The position numbers were made by a program, and so were the translations under genes. Source: Polyangiaceae bacterium (lineage in GTDB: Bacteria; Myxococcota_A; Polyangia; Polyangiales; Polyangiaceae). From it: a stretch of DNA of 64,000 nucleotides. The stretch lies in NCBI GenBank assembly GCA_046351395.1, contig JAXLYP010000017.1, forward strand, positions 65,508 to 129,507, in the 5' to 3' direction. The notes below the pieces were generated by a model. The model was not told where the DNA came from, did no database searches, and saw only the letters and a list, made by a program, of their open reading frames with translations. Below, piece after piece: positions 35,004 to 45,270 of this stretch; the stretch's first letter is position 1; every line of letters starts with the position of its first letter.

Positions 35004-35080
35004 CGATGGATTCCTGCCGCGCGGCGCCGCTGCCTTGACGGCTCGCCCCATGTGCCGATACGACGCAAACAAGACACCCC

Positions 35081-36154
35081 ATGAAACGACTTTCCTTCTT
35101 CGAATCGGTCCTCGCGCTCGGCCTCGGCCTGCTCGGGCTCGCGTCTGCTGGTTGCAACAACCCCGAGGGATACTGCGAGGGCTGGGTCGCCGACCAGTGC
35201 GACGCGCTCGCGAGCTGTTGCAAATCGGGCGCGACGTTCGACAAGGAGCAGTGCATCCTGAGCCTCTCGAGCCAGTGCCAGGAGTTCACCGAGGTCGAGA
35301 AGGTGCACGCGGGAGAGGTGAAGTTCGACAGCGGCGCCGCGTCCACGTGTATGGGCGTCGTCGAGTCGTGCGAGGAGGCGACGCGCACGCCGGAGGAGGA
35401 ATTCGACCGCCAGGTCGCGTGCGCGAACGTCATCACCGGCTTCCGCCCACCCGGCGCTGCGTGTTCGAGGGACTCCGAGTGCGAGTCCTCCGGGGAGTTC
35501 TCCGAGTGCTGGCAAGGCAACGGGAACGGTCTCGACACCGGCGTGTGCGCGTCCGTGGTGCTGACCGGCGACGGGTCGTGCGGGTTCAGCATCGAGACGA
35601 ACGAGCTCACCGCGTGCAACATCGAGGAGTTCTGCGACTCCTCCGACTTCACGCCGAACCCCAACGATCCGCCGAGCAAGCAGGTGCTCGAGTTCAAGGG
35701 GAAGTGCAAGCCGTTCCTCGACAACGGTGGGGTGTGCTTCGACCCGAACGGCAACAAGCTGACGCCCTGCAAATCCGGCCTCTACTGCGACGTCTCGAAC
35801 GGGATGAGCGGCATCTGCACCCCGCAGAAGGGCGAAGGCGAGGTGTGCAACGGCAACAGCGAGTGCAAGGACCCGCTGAACTGCGACTTCAACGGGGCGA
35901 ACCAGGTCTGCACGAAGGGCGAAGTGAACGGCCCGTTCTGCTTCACCCCGCCCGTGTGTGGTGACGGGATGTGCAACTTCCAGCTCGAGATGGACTCGTG
36001 CCCGCAGGACTGCGGCGGCGGCGTGGACTGCGGGGATGGCTTCTGCGACACGGGGGCGAACGAGCCGAGCAACTGTCCGGTCGACTGTTGCGGCGACTTC
36101 ATCTGCGAGCCCGGCGAAGCGGGCGTCTGCGCCCAGGACTGCGCGACACCGTAG
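35081..36154 (+). CDS. Cysteine-rich secreted lipoprotein (357 aa).
   Basis: Lipobox LGLASAGC. More than 40 Cys in repeated C-x-x-x-C / GxC patterns. Confidence 0.65.
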   Translation: MKRLSFFESVLALGLGLLGLASAGCNNPEGYCEGWVADQCDALASCCKSGATFDKEQCILSLSSQCQEFTEVEKVHAGEVKFDSGAASTCMGVVESCEEATRTPEEEFDRQVACANVITGFRPPGAACSRDSECESSGEFSECWQGNGNGLDTGVCASVVLTGDGSCGFSIETNELTACNIEEFCDSSDFTPNPNDPPSKQVLEFKGKCKPFLDNGGVCFDPNGNKLTPCKSGLYCDVSNGMSGICTPQKGEGEVCNGNSECKDPLNCDFNGANQVCTKGEVNGPFCFTPPVCGDGMCNFQLEMDSCPQDCGGGVDCGDGFCDTGANEPSNCPVDCCGDFICEPGEAGVCAQDCATP

Positions 36155-36232
36155 CTCGCGCGCGACGTCCGATGGCCGAGGCCCGGTAAGAGGCGCTCGG
36201 TCCGCCGCGATCCGTCCGCGGAACGAGAGAGT

Positions 36233-36274
36233 AGAGAGGCGCGCGAGAGAGCTGTCGGCGCCTCTCTCTTTTGC
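36233..36274 (+). terminator. Putative intrinsic terminator for the 35081..36154 gene.
   Basis: Stem agagaggcgcg / cgcgcctctct (about 10 bp) with a 13-nt loop, followed by cttttgcg. Confidence 0.4.
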
Positions 36275-36305
36275 GCCCGGCGGTGCGAGAGCGGACGTCG
36301 GCGGG

Positions 36306-36734
36306 CTACTTCTTCTCGGTCGCGAGGATGACCATCGCTGCAGCGCCGAGCGCCACGCCGAGCGCGCGCCGCCACGTGAAGCCCTCGGCGAAGAGGAGCG
36401 GCGCCGCGATGGCCGCGAGCGTGACGCCCCCGCCCATCGCGATCGTGCCCGTCCCCGCCACGGGTCCGCCGAGGCGGAGCGAAGTGAAGAGCAGCGCGAC
36501 GCCGCCAGTCACGCACAGGCCCGATAGGCACGACCAGACAATTCCGGCGTTCGTCGTCGGGATGCCCGACTTCGGCCCCACGAGGACGAGCACGAGCAGG
36601 CCGACCGCGGCCGATCCCTCGACGAGCATGCCGCCGAGGGCGTCCTCGACCTTCCCCGTCGCAGCGCGCAGCGCGAGGTAGTGGAGCGCGAAGCAGAGGC
36701 TCGAGAAGAGCGCGGCGAGGGTCCAGGAGGGCAT
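36306..36734 (-). CDS. Small integral membrane protein (4 TM), EamA/DMT-like.
   Basis: 142 aa, four hydrophobic helices, Gly/Ala-rich. Confidence 0.5.
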   Translation of the reverse strand: MPSWTLAALFSSLCFALHYLALRAATGKVEDALGGMLVEGSAAVGLLVLVLVGPKSGIPTTNAGIVWSCLSGLCVTGGVALLFTSLRLGGPVAGTGTIAMGGGVTLAAIAAPLLFAEGFTWRRALGVALGAAAMVILATEKK

Positions 36735-36747
36735 CGAGCGGTTCCGA

Positions 36748-38739
36748 TCAGGTTCGGGGTGGCGGCGCGGCGCTCTTCTGCACGAGCGTGCTCATCGCGA
36801 TCAACCCGAGGAAGGGCGGGACGTAGAAGATCTCGAGCCAGTTCGTGAACCGCTGCGCGAGGAACGCGCAGAGGACGGCGCCCGCCGAGACCCAGAAGAA
36901 GATGCGGTGGAGCGTGACCCCGAGTGTCGCCGTAGCGGTCGCGATGAGGAGCAGTTCGAACGTCATCATCTGTTCGATGTGCGTCTGGAACAGGTACGCG
37001 ACGCCGCGGAGCGCCGCGGACGCGCCGAACACGATGTAGATGATCGCGAGAAACCGCCGGTTTACCGCGCTCTTTCCGAGGTCCGCGCGGAGCAGGAACG
37101 CGATCGGGGAGAGCGCGAGCGCGAGGAGGAGCGGGAGGACGATCGTGTGCGGCACCGGCGCCCCCGTCCCGTGGAGGCGCGAGTGTCGCATGCCCACCGT
37201 GACGCCGATCCCCGCCGCGGCGAGGACCGCGAGGAAGATGGTGCGATTCCGGCGCGCCACGGTCGGGTCGTGGTCGCGTGCGTGCGCGCGCGCCGCCTCC
37301 CGCTCCCGCTCCTCGGCGGCGAGCTCGGCCTCGAGCGCCGCGACGCGCGCCTTGGCCTCGTCGCTCGGAGACTTCATCTCGCCCAGGATCGCGCGGGCGG
37401 CGCGGATCGACCGGTCCCCGAGCTCGATCTCGAGCGCGGCGGCGAACGTCTTCTCGAGGCCCGCGAGCGCGTCCGGGTTGTCGTGCCATTCGCGCAGCGC
37501 CTCGCCGAACCCGAAGCGCGCTTGCGCGAGGTAGCTGCGCTCCCTCGCCCCGTGGTCCGCATCGCTCGACGCCTTCGCAGCAACCGCCTCCGCGAGCGCC
37601 TCCGACGCGCGCGCCGACAGCGCGAGGGACGCGCGGTGCTTCAGGTACTCGCCGATCCCGTCTCTGAACTCGAGCGCGGTCGCGGGCCGGTCGTCCCTCG
37701 AAAACGAGGTCGCGCGGTTCGCGAGCGCGCCGAGCGCGGCGGGCACGGTGCTCGGGTACTCGACGGGCTTCGACTGGGCCGCGGCGCGCAGGACGTCCCG
37801 GACCGTCGCGCCGCCGTGGCGCGGCTCGTTCGTCAGCACGAAGTGCAGCGTCGCGCCGAGCAGGTACACGTCCGTCCGCTCGTCCATCGCGCTCGCGTCC
37901 CCGATCGCCATCTCGGGCGCGAGGAACGCGGGCGTGCCGATGGGACCGCTGACGCGCCGCTCGGACATCTCCATCGCGATGCCCCAGTCCGCGACATACA
38001 CCTCGCCGAACGAGCCGATCATCACGTTCGCGGGCTTGATGTCCCGGTGGAGGACGCCGCGGCTGTGCGCGAACGCGATCGTCGTCGTCACTTGCTCGAG
38101 GATGTCGAGGTGCGCCGCGAGGCGATCCTCCGGATCGGGCGCGAGCGCGTCCCACGCGGGGTGAGCGGGATCGTCGAGCAGATCCTGCCAGCTCGTGCCC
38201 TCGATGCGCTTCATCACGAGCACGGGGCGGCCCGCCGCGTCCGTCCCGAGCGCGTGGACGGGGATGATCCCGGGGTGCTCGAGCGAACCCATGAGGCGCG
38301 CCTCGTGGAGGAGCGCCGCGAGCTCGCGAGGCCGGCTCGTGCTCTTCACGACCTTCATCGCGACCTCCCGACCGAGGGATCGCTGCTCGGCGGTGTAGAC
38401 GATCCCCATGCCGCCCTCGCCGAGCACGGCGCGCACGCAGAGCTCGGCGGACTCGGCGACGGGCACCGCGACCGGCATCGACGCGTCGGGCGTGGAGATG
38501 CGCGCGAGCAGCGCGGAGTCCCCGCCGATCGAAAGCGGGGGGAGCTCCGCGAGCTCGCTCGCGATCTCGGGCGGCGCCTTCGACCTCGGGCGCTCCGGCT
38601 CCGCCGTGGCGGAGCGCGCCGTCGTCGGGGCGGCGGTGTGCTTCGCGATGACCGCCGGGCTGATCGTCGATCGCGGATCCACCGTCTCGGGGACGGAGCT
38701 CATCGCGAGCTCGAGCGTCGGGAGATCGTGGGGCGACAT
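36748..38739 (-). CDS. Serine/threonine protein kinase with a C-terminal multi-pass membrane domain.
   Basis: GEGGMGIVY...AMK (Gly loop, Lys), HRDIKPANVMI, DWG, GTPAFLAPE. Three or four TM helices follow the kinase domain. Confidence 0.88.
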   Translation of the reverse strand: MSPHDLPTLELAMSSVPETVDPRSTISPAVIAKHTAAPTTARSATAEPERPRSKAPPEIASELAELPPLSIGGDSALLARISTPDASMPVAVPVAESAELCVRAVLGEGGMGIVYTAEQRSLGREVAMKVVKSTSRPRELAALLHEARLMGSLEHPGIIPVHALGTDAAGRPVLVMKRIEGTSWQDLLDDPAHPAWDALAPDPEDRLAAHLDILEQVTTTIAFAHSRGVLHRDIKPANVMIGSFGEVYVADWGIAMEMSERRVSGPIGTPAFLAPEMAIGDASAMDERTDVYLLGATLHFVLTNEPRHGGATVRDVLRAAAQSKPVEYPSTVPAALGALANRATSFSRDDRPATALEFRDGIGEYLKHRASLALSARASEALAEAVAAKASSDADHGARERSYLAQARFGFGEALREWHDNPDALAGLEKTFAAALEIELGDRSIRAARAILGEMKSPSDEAKARVAALEAELAAEEREREAARAHARDHDPTVARRNRTIFLAVLAAAGIGVTVGMRHSRLHGTGAPVPHTIVLPLLLALALSPIAFLLRADLGKSAVNRRFLAIIYIVFGASAALRGVAYLFQTHIEQMMTFELLLIATATATLGVTLHRIFFWVSAGAVLCAFLAQRFTNWLEIFYVPPFLGLIAMSTLVQKSAAPPPRT

Positions 38740-38799
38740 GGCGTTCCAGTTATCGGGCGTCGGTCGTCCGTTGTCAGTCGAGAAAAGGATCCGTGCGCA

Positions 38800-40944
38800 T
38801 CACAGGCGGAGGATTTCCACCGGGCGGCCGCGCGTCGGCGCGCGTGGTCCCGTGAAGCTCGCCTCGAAGACCTCCGTCCCAGGGCGGGGGAGCAGGCGCA
38901 CGGCGTGCTCGTAGAGCCACCCGCGCCGCCAGCGCCGCGGCGAGAGCGAGAACGGGAACGACAGATCGCGCTCGGTCGGGTCGGTCATCGTGGTCGTGAA
39001 GGGTAGGGGCTCGACGACGCGCGACGTGACCCGGAGCTCCACGCCCTCGTCGAGCGGTCCGTGGGCCTCGATGAGGACGCGGAGGAGCGGAGATGCGCCG
39101 GGTTGGTAGAGCGCGCAGTGGATGCGCGAGCCGTCCGAGAACTCCGCGTCGATCGGCGGGCAGATCGCGTTGATCGCGTCCATCTCGGCGGCCGCGGTCT
39201 CGAGGTCGCCCGCCTTCATCGCGGCGTCGTAGCGCACGCGCCGCGCCTCGAGCTCTCCGCTCGGAGCGGCGAGCCCGTCCGGAACGGGGACGTCGTCGAG
39301 CGCGTACGCCGAGCGGAGTTCCCACTCGGCCCACGGATCCGGCACGACGTCCCGCACGGGCTCGGTCCCGGATTGGAAGTACCACTCGAGGAGCGAGGGC
39401 TCGCGCTCCCGGAGCGCGAAGACCGTCGGATCGTGCGTGCCTCCGTCGAGGACCCAGAGCGAGCCGATCTGCGTGACCCCGTTGTTCTGGATGAACCCGG
39501 CGCGCGCCGCGTCGTTCACGAAGCGCGTGTCGACGACGGTGACCCCTTTCGTGCCGCGCAGGGGCGGCGCTGCGGCGAGCGGGACCACGCGTCCCCCGAA
39601 CGACCAGACGTGCGACCAGGTCGCCCCGACGCTCGCGTGGAGACCGATGCGACGCTCGCGCGACGCGAGCCACCGCAGCGTGGCGATCTCGTCGCCGTCC
39701 GACTCGATGCGCAGGCCCTTCTCGTTGAAACGGCCCCCGCTCGCCCGCGCCCAGGCCAGGGCGACGACGCCGTCCCGCAGGACCATCGCGAGCGCGCACG
39801 CGAGCGCGCCGAGCGCGATCGGGCCGCTTCGTCGGAGGACCGGCGCGAACCGCTTCGCGCGCGGGTGCGCCGCCGCGCGCTCGCCGATCGCGCCCAGCGT
39901 GGCGACCACGCCTGCGCAGGCGAGCGCGAAATACTCCGCGAAATAGTGGGGCCAGAAGACGTGAATGTCTGCTCCCTGGCGGAACACGACGTACTGGACG
40001 GTCGCCATCGCGAGCACGACGAGCGGGATCACCTCCTCGCGCCTCCACCGGACGACCGCGCGCGCCGCCGCGATCGGCGCGAAGACCTTCCCGATCCAGA
40101 TCGCGATCGGCGTGAACGAGAGCGCGATCCAATAGCGGCGCGCCTCCAGCGCGGCGGAGAGGGGCTGGTCGTTGCCAGCGCTGCGCTGACCGTAGCTCGC
40201 GAGGAGATCCCCGAGCCGGCCCGCCTTCTGGAACACGACCAGGTAGAACGCGAGGGACGCCGCGGATCCCGCGGTGACGCAGATCCACCATTGGACGTGG
40301 CGCCGAGACGGCCGCTCGCGGCCCGCGAAGAACGAGGACGCCTCGACCGCGAGGATTAACCCGACGAGCACATACGCGGGCCAATCCGAGTGCACCGCGA
40401 GGAGCGCGCCCGCGAGGCTCGCGAGGAGATACCGCTTCTTCGGGCGCTCGCGCAGCTTCAGCATCCCCCAAAGGAAGAGCGCCGAGTTCGCCATCACGGG
40501 CACCTCGAGCGCGTTGAAGTGCGCGAACGAGAGCGTGATGGGGAGGACCACGAACCCGAGCGCAGCGGCCGCGCCCGCGTACGGGCGATACAGCATTCGC
40601 CCGAGGGACCCGAGGAGCGGGACGGTCGCGACGCTCCACACCACCGCCGGGAGCCGACATACGAAGTCGTGCCGACCGAAGATCCACAGGAAGACTCGCG
40701 TCACCCAGAAGATGCCCCAGGGGTGGTGGCAGTAGTAGAGATCCGGCGTCGGCGGCTTGTCGGTGTAGACCCAGACGGGGGCGATGATGCCCCACCGCTT
40801 CATGTTGTCCGCGATGATCCCCATACTCGCGGCGGAGGCGTAGTGCCCCGCGAGGAGCGGTCCGAAGAGCTCCCAGCTCGCGACGAGCGCGAACCAGATC
40901 GTCGCGACCCCGACGAGCGCGCGGGACACCCGGAGCTCCGTCAT
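38800..40944 (-). CDS. Multi-pass membrane glycosyltransferase-like protein (GT39 / PMT / ArnT-like).
   Basis: About 12 N-terminal TM helices including a loop YTDKPPTPDLYYCHHPWG, and a large C-terminal soluble domain. The family call is from architecture and is not certain. Confidence 0.6.
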   Translation of the reverse strand: MTELRVSRALVGVATIWFALVASWELFGPLLAGHYASAASMGIIADNMKRWGIIAPVWVYTDKPPTPDLYYCHHPWGIFWVTRVFLWIFGRHDFVCRLPAVVWSVATVPLLGSLGRMLYRPYAGAAAALGFVVLPITLSFAHFNALEVPVMANSALFLWGMLKLRERPKKRYLLASLAGALLAVHSDWPAYVLVGLILAVEASSFFAGRERPSRRHVQWWICVTAGSAASLAFYLVVFQKAGRLGDLLASYGQRSAGNDQPLSAALEARRYWIALSFTPIAIWIGKVFAPIAAARAVVRWRREEVIPLVVLAMATVQYVVFRQGADIHVFWPHYFAEYFALACAGVVATLGAIGERAAAHPRAKRFAPVLRRSGPIALGALACALAMVLRDGVVALAWARASGGRFNEKGLRIESDGDEIATLRWLASRERRIGLHASVGATWSHVWSFGGRVVPLAAAPPLRGTKGVTVVDTRFVNDAARAGFIQNNGVTQIGSLWVLDGGTHDPTVFALREREPSLLEWYFQSGTEPVRDVVPDPWAEWELRSAYALDDVPVPDGLAAPSGELEARRVRYDAAMKAGDLETAAAEMDAINAICPPIDAEFSDGSRIHCALYQPGASPLLRVLIEAHGPLDEGVELRVTSRVVEPLPFTTTMTDPTERDLSFPFSLSPRRWRRGWLYEHAVRLLPRPGTEVFEASFTGPRAPTRGRPVEILRL

Positions 40945-41004
40945 CCGGCCCCGACCTTAGCCGACTCCTTCGAAAAGAGGAGGAAGTCGGCTATCTCGGG
41001 GCGG

Positions 41005-42744
41005 GTGAAGCTGCGAGCGTGGCTCTCGTCACTCCCGCGCGGCGTGGCGGCGTGGGTGCGCTCGCGCCCCGGCGCCCTCGTCACCGCGACGAGCGCGCTG
41101 AAGGACCGGGTGGTCGCGCGCCCCATCGACGCGTTCTCCGCGGTCGCGGCGATCGTCGTCTCCGTCGTGGTCGTGATGTGGCCGCTCTTCTCGGCGCGCT
41201 ACCCGCCGATGACGGACCTGCCCATGCACGCGGCCCAGACGTCCGCGTTCCGCCACTGGTTCGACGCGTCGTACCACTTCCGCGACCAATTCGAACTCCA
41301 GCCCCTCGCCGTCCCCTACGACGCGAGCTACGTGCTCGGCGCCCTCCTCATGCTCGTGTTCGGAGCGGTGACGGCGGTGAAGCTCGCGACGGGGATCATG
41401 CTCCTGTTCCTGCCGCTCGGGCTCGCCGTCCTCTCGTGGGGCATGCGCAAGTCGCCGCTCGGGGGCCTGCTCGGGCTGCCGTTCGTCTGGTGCGATCTCA
41501 CGCACTGGGGGTTCATCAATTTCGTCTCCGCGCTCGGACAGTTCGCGCTCGTGGTCGGCCTCGCGCTGCGCGCGGTGGACAAGCCCTCCCGTCGGACCAG
41601 CATCGCCCTCGGGGCGTCTCTCGTGCTCCTGTTCTTCACGCACGTGTTTCGGTTCCCGTTCGCGATCGCGGCGGTGGTCGGGGCCGCGATCGTCGCGTGG
41701 CCCGCGACGCGGCGGATGCGGCCGATCCTCCTTCCGCTCGTGCCGTCGCTCGCCCTGTTCGCCCTCTTCTATCTCCGCCGGACGGACGCGCTCGGGGGCG
41801 CGATGGGTCCGCTCACGCTCGATTGGAAGAGGCTCGCAGAGATCCCGAAGACGCTCGTCAATGGGTTCAACGACCCGAAGGAGATGGAGGCGGCGTGGAC
41901 GTTCGCGAAGCTCCTCGGCGCGGTCGAGATCCTCGCGGTCGTCGCGTGGCTCGCGTCGATCGTCGCGGCCTTCGTCCGCGCTCGGCGGGGCGCGCCCGCG
42001 GCCGCTCCCGTGGCGGCGGCCGCCTCGACGGCGGAGGACACGACGTGGAGAGCGCGCCTCGATCGCCACTTCACGTGGCTCGTCACGCTGGTGCCGCTCG
42101 CGAGCGCGGCGGTGTTCTTCTATCTGTTCCTGACGCTGCCCATCCAGATCGGGATCTGGTGGTACGTCTATCCGCGAGAGGTCGTCGCCGCCGGCTTCGT
42201 CCTGCTCGGGGCGCTGCCCGGGCTACCGAAGAACTCCGTGCTCAAGCTCGCGTGCGTGTCCGCGATCTCGGTGGGCTCGCTCGGCTTCGCCGCCGTGTCG
42301 GCGTCGGGGTACGCGGCGTTCGGCGCGGCCACCGAGGACTTCTATCGCATCCAATCGAAGCTCCCGCGCGCGCCCAAGCTCCTCTATCTGATCCGCGATC
42401 ACTCGGGATCGACGCGCACGGGCGCCCCGTTCCTCCACTTGCCCGCGTGGATCCAAGCGGAGAAGGGCGGGTGGCTCAGCTTCCATTTCGCGGTGTGGGG
42501 AGCGTCCCCGCTCAAGTTCCGAACGGACGATCGGGCCGTCGTCCCGCCGCCAGTCCCGCTGCGCTGGGAGTGGACGCCCGACCGGTTCGAGGTGCGGACG
42601 CACGGCGCGTTCTTCGACTGGTTCCTCGTCCGTCAGGCGTCCTCCCCGGACGCCCTGTTTCGGGACGACGCGACGATCGTTCGAGTCGCGCACGAGGGGA
42701 TGTGGTGGCTCTACAAGCGCGACCTCACCCCCGTGGCGCGTTGA
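41005..42744 (+). CDS. Hypothetical multi-pass membrane protein, divergent from the GT39-like gene.
   Basis: GTG start chosen just inside the intergenic region. 10 or more hydrophobic helices. Confidence 0.5.
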   Translation: MKLRAWLSSLPRGVAAWVRSRPGALVTATSALKDRVVARPIDAFSAVAAIVVSVVVVMWPLFSARYPPMTDLPMHAAQTSAFRHWFDASYHFRDQFELQPLAVPYDASYVLGALLMLVFGAVTAVKLATGIMLLFLPLGLAVLSWGMRKSPLGGLLGLPFVWCDLTHWGFINFVSALGQFALVVGLALRAVDKPSRRTSIALGASLVLLFFTHVFRFPFAIAAVVGAAIVAWPATRRMRPILLPLVPSLALFALFYLRRTDALGGAMGPLTLDWKRLAEIPKTLVNGFNDPKEMEAAWTFAKLLGAVEILAVVAWLASIVAAFVRARRGAPAAAPVAAAASTAEDTTWRARLDRHFTWLVTLVPLASAAVFFYLFLTLPIQIGIWWYVYPREVVAAGFVLLGALPGLPKNSVLKLACVSAISVGSLGFAAVSASGYAAFGAATEDFYRIQSKLPRAPKLLYLIRDHSGSTRTGAPFLHLPAWIQAEKGGWLSFHFAVWGASPLKFRTDDRAVVPPPVPLRWEWTPDRFEVRTHGAFFDWFLVRQASSPDALFRDDATIVRVAHEGMWWLYKRDLTPVAR

Positions 42745-42745
42745 C

Positions 42746-44374
42746 CTACTGCTCGATCGCGAGCTCGAAGTTGTTCTTCTGAACGGGGGAGTCCTCGTAC
42801 GCCTGGACCATCACGAAGATCTTCGAGGGCTGGTCGAGCTTCACGGTGACCTCCTCGTCGGAGCCGTAGAGGTACGGGCGCTGATCGTAGTTGTCCGCGG
42901 TGGGCTCGTAGCCGACGGCGACGTAGAGGTCGACGTCCCCGGCGGCCTTCGGGCTGAGCTCGCTCGTGCTGACCGTGTACGTGCCGGCGGGGAGCATCAC
43001 GCTCGTGAACTTCATCGACTTGCCCTTGTCGAGCGTCTGCTCGAGCGAGACGGGGGCGAACGTCGCCGTGGGGGGCTGGTACGTGTTGTCCTCTTCGCCC
43101 GTCGCGACGACGACCTGCTCCTTCGCGACCTTCGCGAAGATCTGCTCGTACGTCTTCGGATCGTTCGGGTGCGCGAGCGCGTCGATGAGCGCGAGCGCGG
43201 CCGAGGGCATCTGGTGGAAGTACGCGGGCATCGCGTTCGTGAGCGAGTCGAGGTGCTTCGACCCGGTCGGGTCGCCCGGGTTCGCCGCGGCGAAGCGCTT
43301 CGCGAGCTTGTCGTCGAGGTACGCGTACGTGTCGCAGCCGTTCATGAAGGAGATCGTGTACTGGTCCTTCACGACGGTGCCCTTGCCCGCGAGGGCGTTC
43401 ACGTTCGCGCCGAGGCCCGCGTGGCCGTTGTACGAGATGACGTCGGCGTTCTTCGTGAGCTCGGCGTAGCGCTTGTCGAACGCCGCGTTCGCGACCTTCG
43501 GGCTGTCGACGAGGATGGCGGTGATGCTGACCTTGTGGCCCTCGAACGTGCCGTCGAACGTCACGTCCGTCGTCGTCGGGCCCGGGGTCTCGGAGACCGA
43601 GGCGGGCGTCGTCGCCATGCCCTTGCCGACGCCGTTCTTCACGCCGTTCACGAACGCGTTGAACGTCTGGATCCCGGCGTCGTCGAGGGCGGTCGCGTAG
43701 TCCTCGTACTTGCTGAACACCGCCACCACGCGGAGCGCACCGTCCTTCCAGACCTGGTCGTACTCGGGGTATTTCCCGCTCGTGTTGCTCGTGCTGATCG
43801 TCGCCGTCGCCGTCGTGCGAACGGAGTCCTCGTCGGCGAGGACGCAGCTCGTCATCTCGGGGCGCCAGTAGAACCAGAAGTTCGCGCTCGAGAGCGCGTG
43901 CCCTTCGCCCTCGCCGCAGGTCGCCGAGTACTTGGTGGTGAACGCGGCGAGGCTCTTCGGGCCGATCTTGCGGGGCAGGGCGAGCGCGATCTCGGTCGGC
44001 ACGTCCGAGGCGTGGCCCCAGCTCACGGGCAGCTTCGCGTGGTAGGTCACCTTCATCCAGCCATCCGCGCCGTTCGACACGCGCTTCACGTTCGAGACGA
44101 CCAAGCGATCGAGGCGCCCGACGGACTCGTGGCCGTTGAACACGCCCACCGAGTAGAACAGCTGATCCTTGATGAGCTTCGTCGTGTTCGTCTGCCACGG
44201 CGCGGTGAGCTCACCATCGAACTCGACGTCGAGGAGGACCGCCTCGCCGCTCGTGAACGGCTTCTCGTCCGTGCTCGCGTGCTCGTCGCTCGACTCGACG
44301 GGCGCCTCGGGCGCGCAGCCCGTGGTGAGAACGACAGCGGCGAGGAGACCGGCGGCGACCTTGAGAGCCTTCAT
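42746..44374 (-). CDS. Secreted lipoprotein with a C-terminal pre-peptidase (PPC)-like domain.
   Basis: MKALKVAAGLLAAVVLTTGC lipobox, taken at M7 of the ORF. C-terminal ...AGTYTVSTSELSPKAAGDVDLYVAVGYEPTADNY is a PPC-type beta-sandwich signature. Confidence 0.6.
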   Translation of the reverse strand: MKALKVAAGLLAAVVLTTGCAPEAPVESSDEHASTDEKPFTSGEAVLLDVEFDGELTAPWQTNTTKLIKDQLFYSVGVFNGHESVGRLDRLVVSNVKRVSNGADGWMKVTYHAKLPVSWGHASDVPTEIALALPRKIGPKSLAAFTTKYSATCGEGEGHALSSANFWFYWRPEMTSCVLADEDSVRTTATATISTSNTSGKYPEYDQVWKDGALRVVAVFSKYEDYATALDDAGIQTFNAFVNGVKNGVGKGMATTPASVSETPGPTTTDVTFDGTFEGHKVSITAILVDSPKVANAAFDKRYAELTKNADVISYNGHAGLGANVNALAGKGTVVKDQYTISFMNGCDTYAYLDDKLAKRFAAANPGDPTGSKHLDSLTNAMPAYFHQMPSAALALIDALAHPNDPKTYEQIFAKVAKEQVVVATGEEDNTYQPPTATFAPVSLEQTLDKGKSMKFTSVMLPAGTYTVSTSELSPKAAGDVDLYVAVGYEPTADNYDQRPYLYGSDEEVTVKLDQPSKIFVMVQAYEDSPVQKNNFELAIEQ

Positions 44375-44622
44375 GGTGCGGCGCCATAGCACAGTGTGTG
44401 CCGCGCGTGGCAGATGTAGGTATTTGCGAATTTCGCGGATAATTGCCCTGTCAGATCTTCGACTGGTGGATCAAAGATCCAACCGCGACCGCTTGATGGA
44501 TCATCCGCGATCTAGAGCACCGAACAGGTTGAACCGCCGACGCATGCGCCCGATCTCGGAGAGAACCACACGGCCTCGTCGCTGTTGCTCCTCGATGACG
44601 AGGACTCGATCACCGATCCTGT

Positions 44623-45270
44623 TCAGGGCGACGCCGCGGGGGCGGCTGACGGGGGCGCGGCAGCGGAGGCGGGAGCCGACGCGGACGCGGACGGCGCAGC
44701 GGAGTCCTGAGGGGTGGGTGCTTCGGACGGCTTCTCGGTGTACTTGAGGTTCGCGTCCTTGAGCGCCTTGTGGAGCGCCTCGGAGTCTCCGGTCTTCGCG
44801 TCGCCCGTGACGAACACCTTCGCCTCGCCGGCCTCCTTGCAGGCCGTGATGGCTTGCGCGAGCTCGAGCGGCTTGCCATCCACGGTGATGCCCGCCGCGG
44901 AGAGCCGCAGCTCGCACGGAGGCTTCGTGGGCGCCGCGCTCGACGTCGTCGCCGATGAGCTCGCGGTGGCCGAGCCCGGGGGCTTGGTGGTGGAGCCGGT
45001 CGCCGTGCCCGTGGCGGTGCCCGTGCCCGTGCCCGTGCCGAAGCCGAGACCCCATCCGTCGCCAAACTTGAAGTAGAGGATCGCGAGCGCGATCAACGCC
45101 GCGAGGACCCCGAGGAGCACGAACGTCCGCCGGTTCTTGCTGCGGTTCATCTCCGTGACGACGGCCTTCGCCTGGATCTGCGCGCGCTCCTTCTCCGCCT
45201 TCTTGTCGATGGGTTGGGCCTTCGGAGCGGGCTTCTCGGTGGGCTTCGAACCGTCTTTCGATGTCGTCAT
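44623..45270 (-). CDS. ExbD/TolR-like protein with an extended Gly/Thr and Ala/Pro-rich region.
   Basis: Single TM (FVLLGVLAALIALAILYF), then ELRLSAAGITVDGKPLELAQAITACKEAGEAKVFVTGDAKTGDSEALHKALKDA. ATGA-coupled to the upstream exbD-like gene. Start at M24 of the ORF. Confidence 0.55.
   Translation of the reverse strand: MTTSKDGSKPTEKPAPKAQPIDKKAEKERAQIQAKAVVTEMNRSKNRRTFVLLGVLAALIALAILYFKFGDGWGLGFGTGTGTGTATGTATGSTTKPPGSATASSSATTSSAAPTKPPCELRLSAAGITVDGKPLELAQAITACKEAGEAKVFVTGDAKTGDSEALHKALKDANLKYTEKPSEAPTPQDSAAPSASASAPASAAAPPSAAPAASP

Noticed and set aside
34886-35005. Possible CRISPR array.
   Set aside because: Only two tandem units with no unique spacers. The same unit is scattered singly elsewhere, which fits a REP-type repeat.
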